From assembly GCA_047967505.1 (NCBI GenBank), contig CM106538.1: a DNA stretch of 64,000 nt; one strand, written 5' to 3'. The first letter of the stretch is position 1. Each line of letters opens with the position of its first letter. Positions 10,826-21,900 of this stretch are shown in pieces. This DNA comes from Dipteris shenzhenensis. Its lineage: Eukaryota. The position numbers and the translations under genes were made by a program. Under the pieces are notes generated by a model. That model worked only from the letters and a program-made list of their open reading frames with translations. It ran no database searches and was not told where the DNA came from.

Positions 10826-11662
10826 ATGACTTCCTTATCTTCAAATTCGGTGCTCGTGGAGAAGTTCAAAGGGGAAGGATTCTCAAACTGGCAAACAAGA
10901 ATGCAACTGCTGCTTATGCGAGGAGGAGTTTGGGACGTGATTGAAGATGATGAGCTCAATGCTTCATCCTCCAATCTCAAGGTATGGAAGCAACATAATG
11001 CTAAAGCCATTGCTCTTATTGGTCTTTGCCTAGCAGATACACTGATCCACCACGTGGACTTCAAGACAACAGCCAAGAAAATATGGGATCGCCTCAAGAG
11101 TCTTTCTGGTAATAAGATCACTAACTCAAAAGGTTTTTTGAAACTCAATTTCTATAAATTGAAAATGGAAGATAGTGATACGCTAAGTGATCACTAGGCA
11201 AAAATGCAATCTCTTGTTCATCAACTCTCAAGTTTGAAATGTGCACCGGATGATGAGGACAAGATGGCTGTTCTTATGAAGAGTATGGAAGGGGTTTCCC
11301 GGTTTGAACAAACCCTTGAAGTACTAAGGCTTGCCACTACCACATTTGATAATATGGTAGCCCTACTTATTGAAGAAGATCGTCGCAATAAGGAATCCCT
11401 TGTAACCTATCTCATTGATTAGGCACTTGCCTCAACGAACAAATAGAAGACCAATAAAGATGTTATTTGCAGGTTTTGTGAACGGAAAGGTCACATTGAA
11501 GCAAATTGCTTCAAGAAAAAGGCAAAAGAGCAAGATGATCATCATGCCAACTTGGTCATAGAAGACCAAGTACTAGAAGAGGCACCTGTAGAGATCCAAA
11601 CGCTTACAGCTCAAGTCTCAGGCTCCTCCATTGAGGAGGAGGAGGATTTTTGGGTCTTTTAG
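10826..11662 (+). pseudogene. Ty1/Copia-type gag (UBN2-like plus CCHC knuckle) with in-frame stops
   Basis: EKFKGEGFSNWQTRMQLL, TAKKIWDRLK, CRFCERKGHIEANC in one frame, broken by stops at about 11195, 11420 and 11444. Confidence 0.75.
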
Positions 11663-12076
11663 GCCCCCTTCTATCTGTGTTCCTATATCTCATGATTCCT
11701 TCAGCTTGCAGACTGTCTCTTAAATATTGGGATTGCGCTATTTTCTCTTGAATATTAGAGCTGACTTGGTGCCCATGCCCTTTGCTGTTCAGTAATGTTG
11801 GCTCTTTAATCTTGGTTAGTCTTCTGTTGCAGTGGGTGCTATAGACCTTAATAGGCCAATGTTCCTATTGAGTCAATAAAAGTCCTCTGCCTTGAGTAGT
11901 CCCTCTAAAATGATGTATGCTTTGTGGCTTTGGAGTCAATAAGGGTACTCTGACCTGGGTAGTCCCCCAAAAAATGATTGTATTAGGTGTTTACTCTTAT
12001 GGCTATGCAAGACTCCTGCCCACTTCAGAGTAAGGGGTGGTGACGAGTGAAGGTCCTCATTGCCGGTTGCAGTTGA

Positions 12077-13440
12077 CTAAGAAATCAATCTCTCTCTGAC
12101 ACAGTGATAATGAACCTCAATATGCTTTGTGCGGACATGGAAAACTGGATTCCATGCAACAGCCAAAGCACTCTGACTATCAGTGAGATGACGGTAGGAG
12201 TTGTCTGACATACATGAAGATCTGTAAGTAAATTTCGGAGCCAAACACACTCTACTGAAGCTGTAAAAGCTGCTCTGCACTCAGCCTCATGGCTGGAAGC
12301 AGTAACTGTAGTTTGCTTCTTGCTGAACCAAGAGATGCATGAAGTACCAAGCATGAAGCAGTTGCCACTATGTGACACACAGGTGTCGGAACAGCCACCC
12401 CGATCACTATCAGTGAATCCATGCATGACAAGTGAAGAATTGGTTTTGTAATGAAGGCCCAAATGCTGAGTGCCTTTGAGGTACCTGAAGACACGCTTCA
12501 CGGTCTGTCAATGGTGTATAGAGGGACTATGCATGTAGTATTTGCTCAACTGTGAGACAACATACTGAAGATCTGGCTTGGCATGGCATAAATATATCAA
12601 ACGGCCAACTCCTTGCTGAAAGAGAGTGATATCACATGCACCACTGTCATCATCAGATGAGAAATGAAAACTAGGCTCTAATGGTGTGGATACTAGCTTG
12701 CAATCCTCAAACTGAAAACACTGCAAAAGCTGTCCAATGTGCTTGGATTGTGACATCAAAATACCCCCCTCATTGCTAGCAAATTGAATGCCCAGATAAT
12801 AATGCAAAGGACCAAGATTTGACATAGCAAATGACTTCTTGAAGTCAAGCTTAATTGCTGCAATTTGCGTAATAAGCATGTCATCCTCATACAGTACTAA
12901 AATCAGCAAATCTGTCCCACTCTTGTGAATGTAAAGTGTAGCCTCTGTAGGGCTGTTCTGAAAGCCAAGACTTACTAAATAAGCATGTATCCTTGAATAC
13001 CAAGCCCGGGGTGCCTGTTTCAACCCATAAAGGGCTCCTTCAACCGGCATACCTTCCCTTCAAAACCTTCAACCTCAAAGCCAGGAAGTTGGGTAACATA
13101 GACTTCCTGAGGACTTCCTGTTGCAAGTGCCCATGAAGAAATGCTATCTTAATGTCAAGCTGATGTACCTCCCAATGAAAGTGGATTGCAAGGGCAATAA
13201 CACTCCTGATAGTGGTGATCTTGGAAGTGGAAGTAAAAGTTTCTTCAAAGTCAATGCCTTGTTGACATGCATAACCCTTTGCTGATAGTGGTGATCCTGG
13301 AAGTGGGTTGTCTACGGAACCATCAGCTTTCTGTTTGACCTTGTAAACCCACTTAGTTCCATTGGCATTCTCGCCAAGAGGCAAGTCACATAACTCCCAA
13401 GTGTCATTTTGATGGATTGAATCCAATTCAGCTTGCATGG
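12077..13440 (-). pseudogene. Degenerate Ty1/Copia reverse transcriptase and RNase H
   Basis: KWVYKVK, QLDIKIAFLHG, LYGLKQAPRAWY, LYEDD, GFTDSD, SWFSKKQ, RTKHIEVHYH across several frames. Confidence 0.9.
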
Positions 13441-15713
13441 TCTACAACCAACAATCATTTTGTTCTTTCGTTTTTTGAGAGGGAGGTGGGGGGGGAGGAC
13501 GGCATGTACGACACAGGACACCTATGACCGAGCCCACTCTTCATAGCGGCCAAATCAATTGAAGGATGTCCACAAGATCAACACAATATCAGACTGCATC
13601 AAGACATCCATAGCTACATCCCATGGGGAAAAGAAGAGGGCTACGGCCATATCCCACACATGCTACAAAAAGACTCCCAATGGCACCCCATCCATGCAAA
13701 TGGGCAGCTTAGATCAATCATGACAAATCAAATAGAAGGCCAAGCTATCCAAGATATGCATAGCACAGCCCATGTCCTTGGCTTGTTCCATCCATCTCAG
13801 ATGTATTTTAGGCCTTTTGTTCCTTCCGCAATAGTTAATAAAGATTTCTTTCCTTTCCTTTTCTCTACTTCACTCCATCTTCTTGCAAGGTGCACAAAAT
13901 ACAATGTGAATTGCTGTCCAGCTGCCTTTGCAACTGTACTTTCACTATTTCCATTTGCACCTGCATGGAGCTCTTACCCTATGTTAATCATGAGTTGCTG
14001 ATGGATTGATCTCTTGGGGTGACATCATACCCACCTTTTGCTACAGTGCAGCCCTTCCCTAGTTGTAATTTTCTAGGGTAACTTCCTGCAGCTTCTACAG
14101 GAGTGCAATTTGTTTCCTGGACACCTATGTACATCTGTTTGATCATCCCCTACAGCGCACACATTTCCTATACCTAAACCACCTCCTGGAGTGAGTATTG
14201 GACTGTTTATAAGCACCCTTGGACCTTGTCTCTATTGAAGATGGGAATTGCTTATCTTCAGACTTGATATACAGCTGAAGGTAACCCTATTCTGGGGTTT
14301 CTACTGAGGTTAGCGCTTATCAGTGCTAATCTCTAGTTGTGATTCTCTCTTGTTTAAACCAAAAAACCACTACATTAAAAAAAATTCTCATATTCTTTAA
14401 TGTGCACAAATTACTAGGATTCTCTAAAGTTCCATATGTGGTCTAGTACTTATGAAACAGTTTTGTATGTCTCCCACAGTACTGAAGTAAAAATGGAGTG
14501 GATGATCACCATTCACACACAATCATATGCTTTGTGTACTTTTCATTCCCTAAACCCTATCCCTATGATTGCCATGTGGTATAACTGAATGCTGTGGATG
14601 CAATCTCATTCTTAGTTTGTTTACTTGTGTAAGTAAACACTCGGATTTGTACAATGGATATCACACACTCGGATTTGTTCAACTCTTGACAATATCTTGT
14701 ATGGATTAAAACGTTTCCTTTGAGGGAAACAGAACAGTAGTTTATCCAGATTCTAGGATATATATGACAAGTTTTTACTTCCATCTGGGATCATTGGGAT
14801 GTCTTGGTTCAACAAGGACCAATAGGCCATCCCACACTCTTCCACATCACACAGTTCTTGTGGACTCACAACTTCCATGCAGAATTCTTCATGAAGCTTG
14901 TCATTTTAGAGGTTGCAAGAGCACTTTTCTGTCTTCTTAGCATCCATTTACAGATCAAACTTTGAGGGACAGCAGGGAGGGGCTATTGGAGCAGATTGCA
15001 GTCTGCACATCTGGACCCTTCACATCTCATAAGTGATGAACTTTTCTAGACCATTTGATGCTCAGTTTGCAGTAGCAATCGTTGCAGAGGTTAAGGGATC
15101 AAAGCAAACCAATTGCTCCAGGTGGGTCAAAAACCCGACACTGGGTTAGCATTCTATGCCAACTCTCCCTCGGCATCCCAACAGTAGGGCTGGTCTATTT
15201 TGAAGCTTCCATTGAGGCCTCTACACCATTCTCTTGCATGGAATAGGGGCACCCTCTTTCACATAAACCATGGTATGAGGTGGCATGTAATGACGCCTTA
15301 TTGATTCTTTTCAGATATCACTCACAATAGACACCAACCTTTTTTGCCTCTTCCATGATTTGGTAATCTTTTGGACTCATAAACATGGTTCCGCATTAGG
15401 TATCTAAATAGGCCTGGGGATTTCTGATAAGCTGATCATATCTCTCAATCATTCTACTATTGCATCCACACAAGGAACAGCATGCTGGAGAAAAGGCTAC
15501 CTGTCAAGCTACAAAGACAGTACAACTATTTAAAGCGCTTGCATGTTCACATCAAGGACCGTTTTGAGAACTTTTTTAGTGCAACAGTCACACCAACACC
15601 AACAGTCTCGTCTCATCCATGACATTCTCATCCACCGTTTTATTCATACTGTATCTTATTTTTGGCAGAAACACTCTTACAATGCATCTTCATAGACTTT
15701 ACTTTCTTGGTAT

Positions 15714-16705
15714 TGTTATGGATAAAATTGTCTAAGAAAAAAAGGCATTAATATGTATGTGTGATTGTATATGTGGCAATAGTATAATTAAATATGGTGT
15801 GCATAGGGCCCAAGGTTGAGGTGGCAAGGCATGACCATGTGCCACCCTTCCATGTAAGAGGACCCATAAGGTGTGTTGTACATAATCCATAATAGTAATA
15901 TTATAAAATGCAAGGTGGTATGGCTCCTCCATGTGCCACCCCTCCACCTAGGATGCAATAATTGAGATAAGGCTCAAAGTCCAAGGGAGAAGCAATATAA
16001 AATGGGTGGAGATGGCTATTATATTGAGTTATTCCCTCCATATGGGTTAGGCCCATGTGGGGGAGGTATAGAAGGACAAAGAGAGCTAGTTAAATAATGG
16101 GGAAAGTAGGACGAGGTGGCAAGATTCCTTGTGCCAACCCTCCACTTGTCCTCCTAGAGGTTTGAACCTATTATAAAATTGGAAGAGACCTAGGGAGTAT
16201 CATAAACTTGAGATATGGGACTTGATTTATGCGGAAAAATTGAGGCAAAGGGTTGTCGCATACAATTGAGAGTGCGTACCCACCTAGCCCACATGGGAGA
16301 CTTTTCCACACACACCATGCATGTGGGAAGATACATTAATGTGGAGAGACCCCCTCTTTTGGCTATAAAAGGAAGGGGGAATTCCTTGATGGGACACGCT
16401 CATTCTTGTAAAGCCACCTAGCTAGTATTTTGATATTTCCCTCTCATCCCTCCTTTCCAATAAAGTATGGTTCACTTCCCTTGATGTCTACATCTCAACA
16501 TTCCTCTTCCTATCATGTACTTGCTTCTCTTCCCACTCTCCCTTTCCCCTTGTGTCATAGTCTCCCTTTTCCTTCCCTCCACTTCTAATTCATTATTCAC
16601 CCCTATGACATCCCTTCGCCCTCGTGATCTCCTTTTCTCTATGGCCTTTGAGCGTCGCCATACTTAGTCTCTAGCCTTTGGTCTCGGTTTCTTTTCCGGC
16701 TAAAA
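15714..16705 (+). repeat. 5' LTR (TGTTA...TAAAA)
   Basis: Identical by eye to 23613-24604 (offset 7899); TATA-like CTATAAAAG near 16363 and AATAAA near 16459. Confidence 0.92.
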
Positions 16706-16709
16706 GTTT

Positions 16710-16727
16710 TGGTGTGGCTGCTGGGAT
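16710..16727 (+). other. Primer-binding site, probably tRNA-His
   Basis: TGGTGTGGCTGCTGGGAT, 4 nt after the 5' LTR; complementary to the plant tRNA-His 3' end as recalled (...AUCCCAGCAGCCACACCA). Confidence 0.7.
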
Positions 16728-17343
16728 ACGAATCTCCACGGCGGTTGGCGAATCTTCTATTCGTACGGGTTACATCAACAAAACTATACCATCCGTGCTC
16801 TTTCTAAACTATACCATCCGTGCTCTTTCTAAGCTACTGCGCGTGCATTCGCTACGGACAGTTTTCTGCGCGACAGTTCTCTGGACTGCCGCGACTTCTG
16901 GTTGCAGACAGTTCTCTGGACTGCTCTGGTCGCGGACTGTTTCCCGAGCCCCTGCAAAAGAGTAACAGTAGATCCCGCGCCCCCCTATCTCTTCTCTTCT
17001 TCTTCTTCTCCTTCTCTTTCTCTTTCTCTTTCTCTTCTCCTTCTCCTCTCCTCTCCTCTCTTTTTATTAAAGAGTAGGATTGGAACCCAAGACCTCCCCC
17101 TTCACAAAAGAAAGTCTTATCATTGGGCCAGCAAGTTGGAAGTGGTAAAAATGTAATGATTTTTGTTCATATATTGAAATTGCGGGAGCTGTAACTCTCT
17201 AACCATAAGGAGTTTGCTCTTGTTGTAAAAAGCAAAAATATTTCATTTTATGTTCTCTATCCACTTCTCTTGCTAGATCGCCAATTCAGAACTTCTCCAA
17301 GCCCACTTCACGGACGCACGCCTCACGAGAAGGGTGGACATTT

Positions 17344-17754
17344 ATGTCACTTCTCGACGCGTTTAAGGAATTGGTGCCTGTTCCTCTGCACCTTACGGCT
17401 ACCAATGCACGAGATGTATTCCTTGATCTTCATGTCGACCTTCAACGGCTGATTGTCCAGTGCATTATTGATGGTGATGACGGGTGGAATGACACACCGT
17501 GGATGATTCAGGGTGACGAACTACTGATACGGTGGGAGGATTTTGACTTTACTTCTACTCATTGTGCGGTGATCGAACTACTTGCTGCTTCAGAGGTAAT
17601 CAAAACGGTTTCCTTCTTCGAAGGGTGGGATGTTCCCCAAGCTTGGGGGGAGATTTGGCGCATCTGCTTGTTGATTCCTGTGGAAAAGCTCGTCCTGAAT
17701 GGTTATTTCACAATCTCATTACAAAGGTTTCTAGGCCTTGGCTATGGTTGGTAA
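17344..17754 (+). CDS. Accessory ORF-A, 136 aa, unknown function
   Basis: ATG-initiated, complex sequence; its TAA overlaps the next ATG (TAATG). Confidence 0.55.
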   Translation: MSLLDAFKELVPVPLHLTATNARDVFLDLHVDLQRLIVQCIIDGDDGWNDTPWMIQGDELLIRWEDFDFTSTHCAVIELLAASEVIKTVSFFEGWDVPQAWGEIWRICLLIPVEKLVLNGYFTISLQRFLGLGYGW

Positions 17755-17978
17755 TGTTTCGACCAAGGAATCCATTTGTACCTAATCAGCCTTTTGTGCC
17801 TCATTTCGAGCTTCAAATTGTAATTCTTTTTGGGCTTAAGATAAACTATCAACAAAGAATTGCAAGTTTATTTGGTGCTGAACGTTTGGCTCAAGTGTTG
17901 AATTCTCCCCACCCTCTCCTCCTACCTATCTTGGACTACCGAGAAACTTGGGATGTCCGAATTCTCGTCTTGGTGTGA
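17754..17978 (+). CDS. Accessory ORF-B, 74 aa, unknown function
   Basis: Starts in TAATG and ends in TGATG; MFRPRNPFVP...VRILVLV. Confidence 0.5.
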   Translation: MFRPRNPFVPNQPFVPHFELQIVILFGLKINYQQRIASLFGAERLAQVLNSPHPLLLPILDYRETWDVRILVLV

Positions 17979-18442
17979 TGACATCTTGGATTCTTCAATT
18001 TGATGGAGCTTACAAACCTTCGACCAAGGCGGCTGGCGTGGGTGTGAAGCTCACTTCACCGAGTGGTGAAGAGTTTTGTTACAGCAAGTCTTCGCCCGCA
18101 AGTACTTGCAATCAAGCTGAGTACTCGGCGCTCATTTTTGGGCTACAAAAGGCACAAGAACATCATGCCAAGCAATTGGAGGTGCAAGGAGATTCTCAAC
18201 TAGTGTGTGAACAAGTTAGTGGAAGGTGGAAGGTGCGGAGCAAAGGCTTGGTTCCACGACATCAACAAGCCTTGGAACTTTGCAACCAATTTGAAGAGGT
18301 AAAAATTCAGCATATCCCTCGAGCTCGAAATCGTGTTGCTGATTTCTTGGCACGTGAAGCTTGTATTTCAATCACGCATGACGCGAGTGGAAGCACCACC
18401 CCAACCAAGCCGCAAGCCACGAAGGAGGGTGATCATTTGTAA
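17978..18442 (+). CDS. Standalone archaeal/plant-type RNase HI (aRH), 154 aa (ORF-C)
   Basis: WILQFDGA, CNQAEYSALIFGL, VQGDSQLV, HIPRARNRVADFLA: complete D-E-D-D set with Arg at the position typical of the archaeal-like subtype. Confidence 0.9.
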   Translation: MTSWILQFDGAYKPSTKAAGVGVKLTSPSGEEFCYSKSSPASTCNQAEYSALIFGLQKAQEHHAKQLEVQGDSQLVCEQVSGRWKVRSKGLVPRHQQALELCNQFEEVKIQHIPRARNRVADFLAREACISITHDASGSTTPTKPQATKEGDHL

Positions 18443-18578
18443 GGAATGCAAAGGTTGTGGTCATCATGAAACTAAGTGTTGGGCCTACTTGATACGAGTT
18501 CACCGACTTCGGCAGACCATCAGGAGGGTTCTCAAGGATATTGCTCAAAAGAAGGATGCCAGACCGCACACCCCTTGA
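18378..18578 (+). CDS. Accessory ORF-D, 66-aa basic CCHC zinc-knuckle protein
   Basis: CKECKGCGHHETKC fits CX2CX4HX4C; flanked by Arg/Lys-rich tracts; ATG at 18378. Confidence 0.6.
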   Translation: MTRVEAPPQPSRKPRRRVIICKECKGCGHHETKCWAYLIRVHRLRQTIRRVLKDIAQKKDARPHTP

Positions 18579-18720
18579 AGAAATAGAATGGCGACTACAA
18601 GAACTGGAAGAAGCTGAAGGTGATGTGCAAGCTCTCCAACTATTGACATTTGTCATGGCATTCTTGTTTGCCTTGATGAACAACCTCATGCGACGCCGCA
18701 CCTCTAACCCTCGCGTGTAA
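18556..18720 (+). CDS. Accessory ORF-E, 54 aa, acidic helix plus hydrophobic segment
   Basis: Hand translation MPDRTPLEEIEWRLQELEEAEGDVQALQLLTFVMAFLFALMNNLMRRRTSNPRV; ends in TAATG. Confidence 0.45.
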   Translation: MPDRTPLEEIEWRLQELEEAEGDVQALQLLTFVMAFLFALMNNLMRRRTSNPRV

Positions 18721-18736
18721 TGATCAAAGTGATATC

Positions 18737-18907
18737 ATGAGGATTGGTCCTTTTAAGATTGTCTATGTGCTATTCTATGCTGAAGATTCTTCTCGTGTAA
18801 TATTTCACACTACACCAGTGACACCTTACCCTGCCTATGTGTGCTTTTTGGATGTATCTTCACCCGATTTTCAGTTCAAGCTTCCTCTTACTATTGTTCG
18901 TCCATAG
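18737..18907 (+). CDS. Accessory ORF-F, 56 aa, unknown function
   Basis: Hand translation MRIGPFKIVYVLFYAEDSSR...KLPLTIVRP; ATGA overlap with the 6-codon ORF 18720-18740; ends 28 nt before gag. Confidence 0.4.
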   Translation: MRIGPFKIVYVLFYAEDSSRVIFHTTPVTPYPAYVCFLDVSSPDFQFKLPLTIVRP

Positions 18908-18935
18908 ATAAGCCCCTCTTTCCCATCTTCCAAGC

Positions 18936-21900
18936 ATGGCTGACATTCCCGTGTTTTGTGGACGGGTAGAAGAAAATCCAAATGAGTATCTTGTGGCTTT
19001 CAAGCGCCGTTGTGTTTCTCTCAACTTTCTTACTGAAGACAGATGGCTATTGGTTCTCCCCACATTTCTAGAAGGTTTGGCACAAGTTTGGTATGAGAAG
19101 CAAACCGAAGATGTTCGCCAAAGCTGGCCAAGGTTGACAGCAACAATGATTGAGTATTTTGGCAAAGAAGAGGAGCCGGAGAATGTGTACCTGCAGGTGG
19201 CAAATTTGAAGCAGTCAGAAGGTGAGACGGCGCGTCGATATGTGGATCGAGCGGCCGTGCTCCTGGACCGTTTGATTGCCACACAGGAGGACAATGCCGG
19301 GTTTCGAGCTGGAATGACTCAGCATGTGCTGGGCTACCTTGTAGCAGGAGCGAGTGATGAATTCCGCCTCAAGCTTAAATGGGAGAATCCAGAAACTATG
19401 GTGCTAGCACATGAGATTGCTCAAAAGTTTGACAAAGTTCAGTCTGACCCCGCTTCAAAGAAGACGATTGTCCCTCCACATCCCCCTCCATTCCTGCAAC
19501 AACAACCTGGGGGGTCTAACTCAGGGGCATACCCCCACCCCTCAGGGATGTATCCACCGCCTCCACCTCAGATGTATGGTCCTCCCTTAGCTGCTTACCC
19601 TCAACAAGGTGGATATCCTCATCCTCCGCCTCGAAGATTTCCCCAGCCTCACCCACGAGCTCCCCTCCTCTCTACTCCCGTGGCCCCTCCAACTAAAGAG
19701 GCCCCCCCTGCAACAGAACCTGGAGTCAATGACCTAGCCAAGGCCCTGAATGATCTTCGGCTGGAGATGGTGGGCATCAGAAATCAAGCCAACCGCCCTC
19801 CAAGAGATCGTGCTAATGTTGTATGCTACGAGTGCCACCAGAAGGGTCATTATCGCACAGAATGCCCCAATATTCCAAGGGTGAATCTTCTAAGTGAATC
19901 GGGCACTGAGGATTCTGATGTGGAGATCCTTGATCTCAGGAAAAGAACTCGTGCTACCTCGGACCCCTCTCTAAACCGTGGACCGGGCCGCCCCAGGAAG
20001 AAGGTGTCCTTCTCAGAGCCCTTAGACGCTGAGATGGCAGACCCACCAACAGAGAAGACTAAACGATCTCGCAGGAGTAAGTGGTCACCCTCGGATTTTC
20101 CCATCGGCTCAGGGCAAGAGGACTATTCGGTCGTTCAAGACCTTGCTCATCGTTCTTTGAGCATCACACTCCCTCAACTAATAGCATTAAGCCCTAAGGT
20201 GAGACGTGAGCTGCAGCAAGGTCTCTCAACAAGGAAGAGTAAGAAAAAGGGAAAGGTACGAGAGGTATCTTCTATCTCTGAAGAAATTGATCGGCACCCA
20301 CACACAGTAGATGTCATCATAGATAATTGCCGTGTCAAAAATGTGTGTGTTGATGGGGGAGCTGCATGTAATATCATGGTGCCCCGCATCATGAAGAAAT
20401 TGAATTTGAAATGTACAAGGCATTCCTCCACTCGAATCAAGGTCGCAGATGGTCGACGACTCGCCACCATGGGAGTCATTGAGGATTTGCCCATCACTGT
20501 CAACGGGCTGACCACCACTGTCAATTTCTATGTAGTGGACATTGAAGATACAGGCAGAAGTTACCCTGCCATACTCGGGAGACCATGGTTGAGAAAAAGT
20601 GATGCAGTCAGCTATTGGAAGACAGGACACATGTCTTTTGGTGCTTCCAAGGAGAAAATCCCTGTGCAACCTGGCGCCATGGAACCGGAAGAAGAAGAGG
20701 AGCATGACAGTGATACTCTCTCATCTTCAGTGTCTGAGTCCATGGAAAAATCAGACGGGGGGGAGGAATTCTCAGAGGAGGAAGTTTACATGATGGGGGT
20801 GTCTCCGACCCTGCCCCCTACAGAAAAGATAACAGCTAGTCCACAACAGCTCGAATCAATGCTTTCTCCAGACCTCACTCCGGATGAGAAAGATGAGTTT
20901 CTTGAAATGTTCAAAGATTTCCCTGACCTCTTTGCAACTAGCTACCACCACCTTCGCCATGTGACTGCCATAGAGCACAAGATAGAGCTGAAGCCTGATG
21001 CAAAGCCTGTGGCTCAAAAGTATCGGAGATTAGGGCCCCTACAAACCGACGCTTTGCGATCAGAGTTGCAAAAGCTTGTAGAGGCTGGGTTTATTGTTCC
21101 GGTTCACAATACTGAATGGGTTTCACCAGTAGTAGTCATCCCAAAGAAAAACAACAAGTGGCGGGTCTGCATCGACTATAAGAAGCTCAATGCTGCCACC
21201 AAGAGGGATCATCATCCTCTACCCTTTCAAGACCTCATTCTTGAGAAGGTAAGTGGACATGAGATGTATACTTTCTGTGATGGTTATTCTGGGTAATATC
21301 AAATCAGAATTGCCGAGGAAGATGTGCTTAAAACCACATTTGCCACACCCTGGGGGACATTTGCATTCAAAGTAATGCCATTTGGCCTCACCAATGCTCC
21401 TGCCACCTTTCAAAGATTCATGCAGATGGTGTTTGCTCCTTATTTGGGGGATTTCTTGGAGGTGTTTTTAGATGATTTCTGTATATTCTCATCACGTAAG
21501 GAGCACATCATGAAGGTTAGATTGGCCTTCCAAAGGGTCAATGATGCAAATGGCAGTCTCAACCCTGAGAAATGCACCATTGGAGCCACTCAAGGGAGGT
21601 TATTGGGACATGTTGTCTCATCCGAGGGCATCAAGCCTGACCCCGAGAAGGTAGAAGCCATCCTCAAGCTCTCCCCACCTACAACCAAACGTCAGGTACG
21701 CTCATTTGTCAATCTAGCAGGATACTATCGCCGCTTCATTGATCAGTATGCTGCTTTGACACGGCCCATGACTATGCTATTAAAAGATGGGGTTGATTTC
21801 TCTTGGAATGAGGATTGTGATCATGGGTTTGCACAAATCAAGACTGCTCTGGCTTCAGAACCCATTCTACGCAATCCAGACTGGTCAAAGACCTTCTATA

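Noticed and set aside
13980-15560. Coding-like minus-strand stretch, possibly the next host exons
   Set aside because: The frames I translated contain stops and lack the expected CHKGRLLYY-type motif; unassignable
16710-16760. tRNA gene on the minus strand
   Set aside because: Only partial complementarity including CCA, directly next to an LTR, so it is a PBS
17948-17977. TTG start extending the RNase H ORF as in the ORF track
   Set aside because: The ATG at 17978 coincides with the domain start and the TGATG overlap
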